Positions 27,268 through 37,094 of a DNA stretch of 64,000 bases are shown piece after piece. The DNA is from an uncultured Acidobacteriota bacterium. GTDB lineage: Bacteria > Acidobacteriota > UBA6911. The stretch lies in contig CAWJKZ010000017.1 in the NCBI GenBank assembly GCA_963843575.1, positions 128,001-192,000 of the forward strand, in the 5' to 3' direction. Each line of letters starts with the position of its first letter. Position 1 is the stretch's first letter. The translations under genes and the position numbers were made by a program. The notes below the pieces were generated by a model, which did no database searches, had not been told where the DNA came from, and saw only the letters and a list, made by a program, of their open reading frames with translations.

Positions 27268-28182
27268 ATGATCGATTATCGACTGAGACGCAAAGCAATT
27301 GAACACCGGTCGCTCCAAGCGTTGCTCACCTACGGCCGCATAAGGTTCTACCTCGAGGATTTCGAACCGCTCGGCCCGATCCTCAAGGCGCTGCTTTTTC
27401 TGACGGGCACTCTCGACCATGGTTTCCGCAATGCCCTGGACGTCCGGCTCCACACCATGGAGATGATCTTCGGCGACCTGCCCCCTGCCTTTTCCGGGTA
27501 CAAAATCCTGTTCCTTTCCGACCTCCACGTCGACGGCCTGGCGGGCATATCGGAAAAGGCTGCGGAGGTCGTAGGGGAGCTCGAGGCCGACCTTTGCGTT
27601 TTCGGCGGCGACTACCGCTTCGACGTCTTCGGCCCGTGCGACAAGGTCCTCCGTGGCATGGAAAAGGTTGTCCGCGCCGTAAAAGCGCGCGACGGTGTGA
27701 TCGGGATTCTCGGCAACCACGATTTCGCCGAGATCGGAAGCGGCCTCGAGCGGCTCGGGGTGCGGATGCTGCTCAACGAGGCGCTCGAACTGCGGCGGGG
27801 TGCCGACAGCATCTGGGTCGCCGGGGTGGACGACCCCCATTTCTACCGATGCGACGATCTTGCCGGCGCGTCGGCCGGCGTCCCAGCCGACGCCGCCTTC
27901 AAGATGCTCGTCGCCCACACGCCGGAACTCTACCGGGAAGCCGAGTCCCTGGGCTACCGCCTCTACCTGTCCGGCCACACTCACGGCGGCCAGATCTGCG
28001 CCCCGGGGGGGCTGCCGATTATCGTTCACTCGCGCTGCCCGCGGAAGTATGCGCGCGGGACATGGACCTTCGGCGGCATGAAAGGGTACACGACCTCGGG
28101 GGTCGGGGCTTCGCTTCTCCCGGTGCGCTTCAACTGTCGCCCGGAGGTCGTCCTCATCGAATTGCGCAGAGGCGGGAATTGA
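27268..28182 (+). CDS. Calcineurin-like metallophosphoesterase (YkuE/YaeI-like)
   Basis: SDLH, GGDY, GNHD, AHTP and GHTHGGQ motifs. Confidence 0.92.
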   Translation: MIDYRLRRKAIEHRSLQALLTYGRIRFYLEDFEPLGPILKALLFLTGTLDHGFRNALDVRLHTMEMIFGDLPPAFSGYKILFLSDLHVDGLAGISEKAAEVVGELEADLCVFGGDYRFDVFGPCDKVLRGMEKVVRAVKARDGVIGILGNHDFAEIGSGLERLGVRMLLNEALELRRGADSIWVAGVDDPHFYRCDDLAGASAGVPADAAFKMLVAHTPELYREAESLGYRLYLSGHTHGGQICAPGGLPIIVHSRCPRKYARGTWTFGGMKGYTTSGVGASLLPVRFNCRPEVVLIELRRGGN

Positions 28183-28228
28183 GCGAGGCGGCCGCCGCCC
28201 TGGGCCTTCTCGGGGCTCCGGCAGGTCG

Positions 28229-29077
28229 CTAGATTATGGTCAGCGGCTCCTCACGAGCCGGAGGCGGGAAGGTCCGGTCGAGGCGTCCGATGTCTTCCGG
28301 GGCGAGCTCCCATCCGACCGACGCCGCATTTTCCCGCGCGTGCGCGGCGCTGGACCCCTTCGGGATTGCGAAACAGCCCGGGAGACGGGTAAGGAAATTG
28401 AGGGCGACCTGCCGGGGCGTCTTGCCCTGCCGGGCAGCGATTTCCGCAAGCACGCGACCCTGTTCCCCGCGGGAAGGGAACGAGCCGCTGCCGAAGGGAG
28501 AGTAACCAACGACCGCGATGCCCTGCTCACGGCAGTACGGGAGCAGTTTCAGCTCGATGCCGCGCGCCTTCAGATGATAGGCGACCTGGTTCGAAGCGAT
28601 CTTCTCGCGCGTGAGCGCCCGCTGCGCCTGGCGCAGTTCACTGACCTCGAAATTGCTCACTCCGATGAAACGCACCTTCCCGGACTGCACCAGGTCCTCG
28701 AGCGCGCGCATGGTCTCCTCGACCGGGTGCCGGGAGGGCCAGTGCAGCATGTAGAGATCGAGGTGATCGGCGCGGAGCCGCGTCAGGCTCCGTTCGCAGG
28801 CGGCGATCGTGCCGGCGTACGACGCGTTGGAGGGAAGGACCTTGCTGGCCAGAAAGACCTTCTCGCGCAGCCCGCGCAGCGCGGCACCCAGGAACTCCTC
28901 GGCCGCGCCGTCGCCGTACATCTCGGCGGTATCGACGTGCGTCATGCCGAGCTCGATCCCAAGGCGCAGCGCGCGCACCTCCTCGGCGGCCCGCTGCCGG
29001 CTTTCGCCCAGCCGCCACGTCCCCTGGCCTACGACGGGTATCAGTTCCCCCGTGCTGCCGAACTCGCGGACAATCAT
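28229..29077 (-). CDS. Aldo/keto reductase
   Basis: GQGTW, DTAEMYG, ASKV, LYMLHWP, IGVSNF and AIPK. Confidence 0.93.
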   Translation of the reverse strand: MIVREFGSTGELIPVVGQGTWRLGESRQRAAEEVRALRLGIELGMTHVDTAEMYGDGAAEEFLGAALRGLREKVFLASKVLPSNASYAGTIAACERSLTRLRADHLDLYMLHWPSRHPVEETMRALEDLVQSGKVRFIGVSNFEVSELRQAQRALTREKIASNQVAYHLKARGIELKLLPYCREQGIAVVGYSPFGSGSFPSRGEQGRVLAEIAARQGKTPRQVALNFLTRLPGCFAIPKGSSAAHARENAASVGWELAPEDIGRLDRTFPPPAREEPLTII

Positions 29078-29301
29078 CTGCCCCTCTGAAAAGGATACGG
29101 ATTGGGAAACACGCGCGGGTCGGCCGTGTCCAGGCGGCACGATCCACGCACATTGTACCAGCAGCGGGCGGGCCCGGGCGCTTGCCGTACCCTCCACATG
29201 TTTCCTGGGTTTGGGGCAGGGACCATTTTGTGGTTTACAACCGATCCACCCCGCGCAGAAACTTGTATGGTCGCTTTTCAGGAGACGGCATGGAGGCGGA
29301 A

Positions 29302-29970
29302 ATGCGCAAGGGTTCCCTAATCTGCATCACCCTGCTCGCGGCGGCGATCGTCTTCGCCCAGCCCGGGGCCGGGGACTGGAAACAGCTTTTTAACGGAAAA
29401 GACCTGACGGGGTGGAAACACGTCGGCCCGGGGTCGATGTCGGTCGAGAACGGTCTGATCAAGACGTCAGGCGGCATGGGTCTGCTCTACTGGACGGGGG
29501 GGAAGATCGGCAACTGTGTCCTGAGGGTGGTCTACCGCATGCGCGACCGGAATTGCAATTCGGGTGTCTTTATCCGGATGCCGATCGAACCCCGCGAAGA
29601 GTGGATGCCGGTCCACTACGGGTACGAGGTTCAGATCGACAACGAGCCCGAGACGTCGAACGAGGATGAATACCACGTCACCGGCACCCTGTACTCGCTG
29701 ACTAAGCCCCTCGCCAAGCCCGGCAAGCCGGGGCCGCAGTGGAACACCATGGAGATCACGCTCGACGGGCCCCGAACCGTAGTTTCCGTCAACGGCGTGA
29801 AGGTCACGGACTATACAGAAGGGCAGCCGGTGCCCCCCAGGAAATTCGACTTCGAACCGCAGCGCGGATTGAGACCCAACGAAGGTTTCTTCGGCCTGCA
29901 GAACCACAGCGACAAGGACATCGTGTATTTCAGGGAAGTTGCGCTGCGCCCGCTGCCGAAGACCCGGTAG
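29302..29970 (+). CDS. DUF1080 (3-keto-disaccharide hydrolase family) exported protein
   Basis: LFNGKDLTGW, NSGVFIR, GYEVQI, WNTMEI and GLQNH...VYFRE. Confidence 0.9.
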   Translation: MRKGSLICITLLAAAIVFAQPGAGDWKQLFNGKDLTGWKHVGPGSMSVENGLIKTSGGMGLLYWTGGKIGNCVLRVVYRMRDRNCNSGVFIRMPIEPREEWMPVHYGYEVQIDNEPETSNEDEYHVTGTLYSLTKPLAKPGKPGPQWNTMEITLDGPRTVVSVNGVKVTDYTEGQPVPPRKFDFEPQRGLRPNEGFFGLQNHSDKDIVYFREVALRPLPKTR

Positions 29971-30015
29971 AATCCCGGGAGAGCCGGCCGGCACTGTCCT
30001 GAACGGGGGAGACCA

Positions 30016-31002
30016 GTGGGTGTCAATACGGACATCATCGTGGGTGTCGATCTGGGCGGTACCAGCCTGCGTGCTGTGGTCCTGGATCGCCGAAACCGGA
30101 TCCTGGCGATCGAGAAGATCCCGACAAAGGCGGAGAATCCGGCCGCAGGGCTGATCCGCGACATCGCGGCGAGTGTGCGGAAAGCAGCGATTGCGGCGGA
30201 AGTCCAGTGGTCCCGGGTGGGCGCGGTCAGCGTCGGCGCCCCGGGAGCGGTCGACCCGGCCAGCGGGATCGTGTACAAGGCCCCGAACCTCGGCTGGGAA
30301 GACGTGCCGCTCGGCGCCAAGCTCGAATCCATCCTCAAGGTGCCGGTTTTCGTGGAGAACGACGTCAATGCCGGAACCGTCGGGGAGCACGTGCTCGGAG
30401 CCGGGAAAGGCACCAGCGATATGGTGGGGGTCTTCGTCGGCACGGGGATCGGGGGCGGATTAATCCTGCGGGGCCGGCTCTTCGACGGGTTTCGTGGCGC
30501 GGCCGGGGAGATCGGACACATCATCGTGGAAAAGGATGGGCCGCGCTGCGGCTGCGGCAAACGAGGTTGCGTGGAGGCGCTCGCCAGCAGGAGCGCCGTG
30601 GAGCGAGACGTTCGCCGCGCTATCCGGGCAGGGGCGCACAGCGTCGTGCCGCAGATCCTGAAGGAGCGCGGCCGCACCCGCATGACCAGCAGCATTATCG
30701 TGCGCGCGCTGAGGAAAAGGGATCCCGTGGTGGGCCGGGCATTTCGACGCGCGCAATTCTACCTGGGGATACTGGTCGCCAACCTCGTGAACACGCTGGA
30801 CCCCGAGGCCGTCGTCATCGGGGGCGGCATTGCCGAACGTCTACAGGAGAGGTTCGTGGCGCCGATCCGGGCGACCGCCTGGAAGTACTTCCTCAGGCAG
30901 GACGGTCGCGAACGCGTCCGGATCGTCCCCGGGACCCTCGGGGACAACGCCGGAGCGCTCGGCGCCGCCGTTCTGGCCCGCCGCCGTCTGCGCGCCGGGT
31001 AA
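30016..31002 (+). CDS. ROK-family sugar kinase
   Basis: GVDLGGT, VENDVNA, GTGIGGG, AGEIGH and CGCGKRGCVE; no HTH domain. Confidence 0.93.
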   Translation: MGVNTDIIVGVDLGGTSLRAVVLDRRNRILAIEKIPTKAENPAAGLIRDIAASVRKAAIAAEVQWSRVGAVSVGAPGAVDPASGIVYKAPNLGWEDVPLGAKLESILKVPVFVENDVNAGTVGEHVLGAGKGTSDMVGVFVGTGIGGGLILRGRLFDGFRGAAGEIGHIIVEKDGPRCGCGKRGCVEALASRSAVERDVRRAIRAGAHSVVPQILKERGRTRMTSSIIVRALRKRDPVVGRAFRRAQFYLGILVANLVNTLDPEAVVIGGGIAERLQERFVAPIRATAWKYFLRQDGRERVRIVPGTLGDNAGALGAAVLARRRLRAG

Positions 31003-31020
31003 TAAGGATCCAGCCGCTTA

Positions 31021-31129
31021 TGTGGAGTGCGGCGGCTCGACGCCCACCAGGCCAACGCGAGCTTTTCGTTTGCCCCGGTCCCTTGATCCAGACGCGTGTG
31101 AAATTCAGGCCGAGGCGCCGTACTCCATA
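31021..31129. repeat. REP-like palindrome (TGGAGTGCGGCGGCTCGACGCC family) between convergent genes
   Basis: TGTGGAGTGCGGCGGCTCGACGCC...GCCGAGGCGCCGTACTCCATA; the same unit occurs at 24131, 25420-25446 and 43494. Confidence 0.75.
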
Positions 31130-31936
31130 TCAGTCCCGGAGGACTGGCGCAGGAAGCACCGTGGCGGAGGGGTCCCAGAGGCGCCGGACGACGGCGCCCA
31201 CGACCGCGGCGTCCCCGCTCGTCCAGAAGCGTTCGCTCCCTCGCCGGGTGCCCAGGTTGCGCAATTCGTGTTTGTCGAGAATGCGGCTCAGTTGTTGCGC
31301 AACCGCTTTGCCCGTGTCGATGAGGGCGACCTCCGGGCCCACCACGGCCGAGATCAGGGGCCGAATGAACGGGTAGTGAGTGCAGCCCAGCACGATCACG
31401 TCGGCGCCGCCGGCCATCAGGGGCGCCGTATATCGCTCGACCAGGCGCCGTGTTTCCGACTCATCGAGCGCGCCCGCCTCGATCTGCTCGACCAAGCCCG
31501 GGCAGGCCTGAACGAGGACCTTGACGTCCCGTCCGAAGCGCTCCAACAGCGCCGCAAGACGCGCGCTGGCGACGGTTCCGACGGTCGCCAGCACTCCGAC
31601 GACCCCGGATCGGGTAGCCGCCGCGGCAGGCTTCACCGCCGGCTCCATGGCGACGACCGGCACGGGCAACCGGCGCCGGAGCACCTCGGCCGCCGCCGCC
31701 GTGGCCGTGTTACAGGCGACCACGATCGCCTTGGCCCCCTCGTGGCACAGGAAGCGGGACAACAGGAGCGCCCTGGTCTCGATATATCCCCGGGGCTTGC
31801 TTCCATAGGGGATGTGGGCCGAGTCCGCGGCGTAGAGCAGGTCTTCGTGGGGCAATAACGCCCGGATGTCGTGCAGCACCGACAGGCCGCCTACCCCCGA
31901 GTCGAAAACGCCGACCGGACCCGAATTGCCTTTCAT
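31130..31936 (-). CDS. murI: Glutamate racemase
   Basis: GVFDSGVGGLSV, PYG, VACNTAT and LGCTHYP. Confidence 0.96.
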   Translation of the reverse strand: MKGNSGPVGVFDSGVGGLSVLHDIRALLPHEDLLYAADSAHIPYGSKPRGYIETRALLLSRFLCHEGAKAIVVACNTATAAAAEVLRRRLPVPVVAMEPAVKPAAAATRSGVVGVLATVGTVASARLAALLERFGRDVKVLVQACPGLVEQIEAGALDESETRRLVERYTAPLMAGGADVIVLGCTHYPFIRPLISAVVGPEVALIDTGKAVAQQLSRILDKHELRNLGTRRGSERFWTSGDAAVVGAVVRRLWDPSATVLPAPVLRD

Positions 31937-31988
31937 CTCGCTCCTGCCAACCGCCGGAGGGCGGCAGATCGCAACGCCGTCTACGGGT

Positions 31989-33788
31989 TTATTGCCCGAA
32001 AGCGACTCGCGTGGCCGCGGCCAGGACTTCGCGCGCTTCGCGCACGTCGCCCGCGATCGTGCCGCCGCCCGTGTCCCGCACATGTTCCCAGGTAAACGGG
32101 ATCAGCACCCGGTCCAGTTTCCCGGCCGTTTCGCGCGCAGCGGGGTCCGTGCGCGACGCCAGCCGCTCCCGCACGATGCGGATCTTCTCGAAATCGACAA
32201 AACCCTCTCGCAATCGCTCCATTCGCACCGACGACAATGGGCCCGGGTAGACCAGGAAGGCGTCGCCCGCGGGGAAGCGGAAGTGGCGCGCGTCGCGCAG
32301 CGGGTCGGCCGGCCAGCTGTCCCATGCCCAGCGCAGGAACCCGTTCAGCCCGAGCGCCGCTGCGTGCCAGCCCATCCAGACATTCTCGGCCGGAGGCGAA
32401 AACGGGAAGTCGTTCGGGAAGGCCGGGGCGCAACACACGTAAAAGGTGCTGGTCTGGCGCCGGGCTCGCCGCGCCGCGATCTCGGCCCGGGGAGTCTCCG
32501 TCTCGACCAGAGTGCAGAGATCGTCGATGACCGCGTCCAGCTCGCGGTGATAGCCCCCGGCATACGTCAGCTTCCAGTCGGGAGAATCGGCCCGGGTGAT
32601 CTTCACGGCCCTGAGGGTATCCTCCAGCGACCTTTCGTTGACCTCCAGGTAGGTCTTGTCGAACCACTTGCGGTCGACCAGGTGCCTGCGCAGATCGCGC
32701 AGAAAAGTGCGCCAGAACCGCTCGTATTGCGGTGAGTCGGTAGTCCACGATTCCCAGCGGTAGTCGCCGGAGGCCCGGTCGAGGTAACGAATCCGGCCGT
32801 TCCAGGGCAGCAGCGTGAAGCAGCATATGGCGTCGTCGATCCCGCAGGACATCGCCAGCTCGACGTAAGTGTCGAAAATACGATAGTCGAAGGAGAAGGT
32901 GCCGTCCGGCGCGCGTATCCACTCGACCATGCTGCCGTCCGGGATGTAGGTGTCGTCCTTCCAGGGTGAATCGGTTATGTACGCGGAAACGTAGGTCTGG
33001 CCCATGTCTGCAAGGACCCGCAGATGGCGCCGCAGTATGTCCAGATGGGCGTCGCTCCAGGGACGGACACGGTGCTGATGGGCGACGGCCCAGGGGTTCT
33101 GCCAGAAGTCCACGCGGAAGTGCCAGTCGGCGGGCGCGGGTACGGTCCCTGCGGAGACCGCGAGATCCAGGCGCAAGGGGAGCGTGACACCGTTTTCCGC
33201 CCGCAGCTGCACGGTCCCGGAGTAGGCGCCCGGCGCGGCGGTGCGGGGCACGTCTAGCGTGATCCAGATCGGCCGTACGCTCGAGCCCGGCAGATCGATC
33301 GCCGCGGCGGGCTCGAGCAGGTCGGGCAGCGAGTAGACGGCAGTCTGGTCGATGACATCGCAGCTCACCTTCCGGCTCCCTTTCGGCAGCTCGGACAAGA
33401 CATACCGGACAAATCGAATCGACATCGCGCTCGCGGGTATGTGGGCTGCGGCAGCCGTGAGGGCCGCGGGGGCGACGCGCAGCTGCTTGAGCGGCAACTT
33501 CGACCAGACCAGGACTTGGGCGTGAATCCTCTCGCCGCGCCAGGCCACGCCCGACCAACTGCGCTGCTCTCGAACGCCCCCCGGGGGCCGGTGGCGTTCG
33601 AACGTGTCGTCCGTCGACACGAACGAGGCGTGGGCCCCCCCGTCGAGCGCCGCCCAGGACCCGTCGGCCGCGGCCGGGATCTCCAGTTCGGCAATCGGGT
33701 GCGGCTCTACCCGCGGAACCGTGGACTGCCCCGCCCAAACGAGCGGTGCGAACAGAGCACCTGCAAAAAACCGGCCCCTGGCGTTCAT
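31989..33788 (-). CDS. GH123-like glycoside hydrolase (DUF4091 C-terminus)
   Basis: AWRGER, DFWQNPWAVA, GFLRWAWDSW, GDAFLVYPG and SVRMERLREG; signal peptide. Confidence 0.85.
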   Translation of the reverse strand: MNARGRFFAGALFAPLVWAGQSTVPRVEPHPIAELEIPAAADGSWAALDGGAHASFVSTDDTFERHRPPGGVREQRSWSGVAWRGERIHAQVLVWSKLPLKQLRVAPAALTAAAAHIPASAMSIRFVRYVLSELPKGSRKVSCDVIDQTAVYSLPDLLEPAAAIDLPGSSVRPIWITLDVPRTAAPGAYSGTVQLRAENGVTLPLRLDLAVSAGTVPAPADWHFRVDFWQNPWAVAHQHRVRPWSDAHLDILRRHLRVLADMGQTYVSAYITDSPWKDDTYIPDGSMVEWIRAPDGTFSFDYRIFDTYVELAMSCGIDDAICCFTLLPWNGRIRYLDRASGDYRWESWTTDSPQYERFWRTFLRDLRRHLVDRKWFDKTYLEVNERSLEDTLRAVKITRADSPDWKLTYAGGYHRELDAVIDDLCTLVETETPRAEIAARRARRQTSTFYVCCAPAFPNDFPFSPPAENVWMGWHAAALGLNGFLRWAWDSWPADPLRDARHFRFPAGDAFLVYPGPLSSVRMERLREGFVDFEKIRIVRERLASRTDPAARETAGKLDRVLIPFTWEHVRDTGGGTIAGDVREAREVLAAATRVAFGQ

Positions 33789-33817
33789 TGCTTCCTCCCC
33801 GGGAAACGCATGTTGCG

Positions 33818-34714
33818 TTACACCAGCCGCTGCTCGATCCACTCGCGGTTGCGCTTCGCCGAATCGAGCGGGTTGCGGTCTTCCGGCTCGTCTTCCCAGG
33901 AGTACCAGCCGGCATAATTCATCGACCGCAGAGTCTTGAGGCACTCGGCGACGTTCACGACGCCTTCCCCGAGCAGACAGGTCTCATGCCGGCCTGCGGC
34001 CGTGACGTCCTTGATGTGGGTGTGGCGGACCAGGGCGCCGCATCTCCGGATCATCTCAGGCACCAAGGCGCCCTGGGTGCCGTACCAACCGGTGTCGACG
34101 CAGACGCCCAGCCACTGGTTGCCGCCGCCGATCTTGGCCAGCAGCTCCTCGGCGCTCTTCTCCGGGTGGTTCTCGATGTTCAGCCCGATCTTGTACTCCG
34201 CGCATAGGGCGGTCGCCTGATCGGGTTTCAGATTCCCCAATCCGCCGTCGATGTGGGGAATCCCCAGCCAGCGACAGATTTCGAGGGTCTCCTGGCGCAG
34301 GGTGCCGGCATATGCAACCGGCTTCAATCCGGTCTCCTCCAGGATCTCTTTCCAGCGCATCGCTTTAGCGTGGTCGAGAACGCCGGGAGAGGCGTGGGCT
34401 TCCCAGACTTCGACGGCTTTGAAACCGGCGGTCGCGACCTCGCGGCAGATAGTCCGCCAGGCCGCCTCGTCCGTTGCCGCCATCGTCTTCTTGTGCTGAT
34501 CCATCCAGTTCTTGAGCTCAAAGCGGTAGTTCGTCACCCGCGCCACCAGGTTCGCCGTGTTGAACGCGACGCGGGACGCCCCCGCCGCCGGTGTCCGAGC
34601 GGAGGCCGGGATGCCGGAGCCTGCCGTCGCGGCGGCCAGAACGCCTCCGACGGCGCGGATGAAATCCCTCCGGCCCAGTTCGCGGGTCTCTTGCCCTCCT
34701 TGCAGCTGTCGCAT
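33818..34714 (-). CDS. Tat-exported sugar phosphate isomerase/epimerase (AP_endonuc_2 TIM barrel)
   Basis: GRRDFI signal; IENH, DTGW, HIKD and SWEDE. Confidence 0.88.
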   Translation of the reverse strand: MRQLQGGQETRELGRRDFIRAVGGVLAAATAGSGIPASARTPAAGASRVAFNTANLVARVTNYRFELKNWMDQHKKTMAATDEAAWRTICREVATAGFKAVEVWEAHASPGVLDHAKAMRWKEILEETGLKPVAYAGTLRQETLEICRWLGIPHIDGGLGNLKPDQATALCAEYKIGLNIENHPEKSAEELLAKIGGGNQWLGVCVDTGWYGTQGALVPEMIRRCGALVRHTHIKDVTAAGRHETCLLGEGVVNVAECLKTLRSMNYAGWYSWEDEPEDRNPLDSAKRNREWIEQRLV

Positions 34715-35186
34715 AGCGGTACCTCCCAAAGTGCTCCAACAAGAGTGCTTAACCGGATGAAACCGGCCTGTCTTCCCCAAAAACCCCGTCCCTTGCGTCC
34801 TTGAGCCGGACGGGAGGCAGCCTGACGATTGCGCTTCGCCTTCGGTTTTAAGGCGACAGTGTACTATGATTGGGTTTTCCAAAAAGCGGTGAAAAGCGGC
34901 TTGGCAGCCTCGGAAGTGAACCCGAGGGCTCAACTCCAGGGCTCAGAGATCTCAAAGAATCGCCAGAATTCAGGAAGCAGGGTATGCAGATCCCCTCCAG
35001 TGCGGTGCCTCCTCAAGCTAGTCCGAAACTACCGCCCCGCTCGTACGTAAGAGTATAAGAATGGAAGCGATAAATTAGAGCAGGCCTGGCATCGAGCGGC
35101 GGTATCCCGCTTCGCTGTAAAATCTTCGGGTCCCCGACACCCGTCGTGCAGCACCTATAAGCATGAGCAGCAGGAGGTTTCCTGGC

Positions 35187-37094
35187 ATGAAGGTTCGCCC
35201 CCGTATCGTCGTTTTCCTAATCGCCGTCTGCATTTATTCGCTCGTTCCCAACGCGCTGGTTTTCTCCGGGGAGCAGAGGAACGACCCGCCGCAGGCGCCC
35301 GCAGGCCGGAACGGGAACTGGTTCTCCAATATTCTCGATACCTACCGCGACAAGCCGGTGGCGCGCATGGAACTCGAGAACTCGCCCCGCATAGAGAACC
35401 TGATCGTGGACGGGAAGATCGAACTGACCCTGTCCGACGCGCTGGCCCTCGCGCTCGAAAACAACCTCGACATCGCGGTGCAACGGTTCATCCCCAGTTT
35501 CTCGCAGACCGATCTGCTGCGGAGCCAGGCGGGGCAGTCCCCGCGCGGCTTTTCGGGGGCCACGATCCCGGGAGGGTTGACGGCGGGTGCCATCGGGGCC
35601 GGCATCAGCGGATCGGGTGCGGGGTCGGGCGTGGGGAGTGCGGGCGGCATCACCGGGGGCGGGGGAGCGGTGCAGGTCGGTTCCGCCGGCAATTTCGACC
35701 CCAGCTTCAACCTCAACTTCAGCTGGGACCGGGTCACGTCGCCCTTGAACACGATCCAGGTATCGGGCATCCCCACCGTCATCGGCCAGACCTCGGCCTT
35801 CACCGCCAGCTATGCTCAAATGTTCGGGCTCGGCACCAGTTATTCGCTTACTCTCAACGGGCAGCGGCAGAGCTCCACGCAGCGGAACCTCATCTTCAAC
35901 CCGGCCTCCGTGAGCCGTTTCGCGTTCGGCTTTAACCAGCCGCTGTTGAACGGATTCGGGCGCCTGAGCAACGAACGGTACATTTGGGTGGCGCGCAACA
36001 ACACCAAGGTGTCCGAGCAAGTCTTTCGGCTGCAGGTCATCAACACGGTCGTCGGAGTGGAAAACGCCTACTGGGACCTCGCCGCGCTGCAGGAAAACAT
36101 CAGGGTTGCGGAACAGTCGCTCGCCGTCTCGCAACAGCTTTACAGGGACAACCAGATGCGGGTTGAGATCGGGACCATGTCGCCGCTGGACGTGACTTCC
36201 GCGGAGTCCGAGGTCGCCGGGCGTACCCGCGACCTGACCCTGGCCCGGACCAACGCGCAGGTCCAGGAAGCCACCTTGAAGAACATGCTGGCCAAGAAGG
36301 TAGGGGCGGAGCTGGATGCGGCACGCATCGTGATCAAGGACCCGATGCCGGTGCCTCAGGACGCCGACATCCCAGACCTGCAGACCACGCTTGCCGGCGC
36401 GCTGGAGAGCCGCCCGGAATTGTCGCAGTCCCAGATCAACATGCAGAACCAGGAGATCGCCGTCCAGTTCACGGAAAAGGCGTTGAAGCCGGCGTTCGCG
36501 GTGTTCGGCTTCTATGCCGGCTCCGGGCTCCAGGGGGAACCGACGTCAGATACGACCATCCGTTCGGGCCTGGCCGATGCCATGGGGCAGAGTTTCAGGG
36601 CCGATTTCCCCGAGTACGCGGGGGGATTCAGCATGTCGATCCCGATCAGGAACCGCACCGCACAGGCCGACAGCCTGCGCGCCCAGCTCGAGATGAACCA
36701 GCTGCGCGTGACGCAGCAACGCTCGAAGAACACGGTCTCGCTGGAAGTCCGCAAGGCGATGATCGGACTGGTCCAGGGCAAGGCACAGGTCGAAGCTGCC
36801 GGCCAGGCGGCTCGATTGGCGCGCGAGATCTGGGAGGGCGAAAAGGAGAGACTCCTGGCGGGCGTTTCCACCTCCTATCAGGTGATCCTGCGCGAACGCG
36901 ACTACACGACGGCGCAGCAGGCCGAGGTGGCCGCGGTCGTCGCATACGCCAAGGCGCTCGTCGAGCTCGACCGCGCCCGCGGAACCACGCTCGACCGGAA
37001 CCGGATCGAGTACAACGACGCCCTCACGGGCAAGATCTCCAGCCTGCCGGTTACGCCGTTCAGCCTGCGCGGCGGAAGCAAGGAGGTCCGGTAA
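35187..37094 (+). CDS. TolC-family outer-membrane efflux protein 1
   Basis: LALENNLDIAV, QPLLNGFG, ENAYWDL and GVSTSYQV; Gly-rich insert; AGGAGG RBS. Confidence 0.9.
   Translation: MKVRPRIVVFLIAVCIYSLVPNALVFSGEQRNDPPQAPAGRNGNWFSNILDTYRDKPVARMELENSPRIENLIVDGKIELTLSDALALALENNLDIAVQRFIPSFSQTDLLRSQAGQSPRGFSGATIPGGLTAGAIGAGISGSGAGSGVGSAGGITGGGGAVQVGSAGNFDPSFNLNFSWDRVTSPLNTIQVSGIPTVIGQTSAFTASYAQMFGLGTSYSLTLNGQRQSSTQRNLIFNPASVSRFAFGFNQPLLNGFGRLSNERYIWVARNNTKVSEQVFRLQVINTVVGVENAYWDLAALQENIRVAEQSLAVSQQLYRDNQMRVEIGTMSPLDVTSAESEVAGRTRDLTLARTNAQVQEATLKNMLAKKVGAELDAARIVIKDPMPVPQDADIPDLQTTLAGALESRPELSQSQINMQNQEIAVQFTEKALKPAFAVFGFYAGSGLQGEPTSDTTIRSGLADAMGQSFRADFPEYAGGFSMSIPIRNRTAQADSLRAQLEMNQLRVTQQRSKNTVSLEVRKAMIGLVQGKAQVEAAGQAARLAREIWEGEKERLLAGVSTSYQVILRERDYTTAQQAEVAAVVAYAKALVELDRARGTTLDRNRIEYNDALTGKISSLPVTPFSLRGGSKEVR

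Noticed and set aside
34810-34821. ACGGGAGGCAGC, matching a conserved 16S rRNA segment
   Set aside because: Only 12 nt, with no flanking rRNA similarity.
34715-35186. 470-nt divergent intergenic region as a riboswitch or sRNA
   Set aside because: I recognised no known motif, only a partial periodic repeat near 34920. An Rfam/Infernal scan would be needed.
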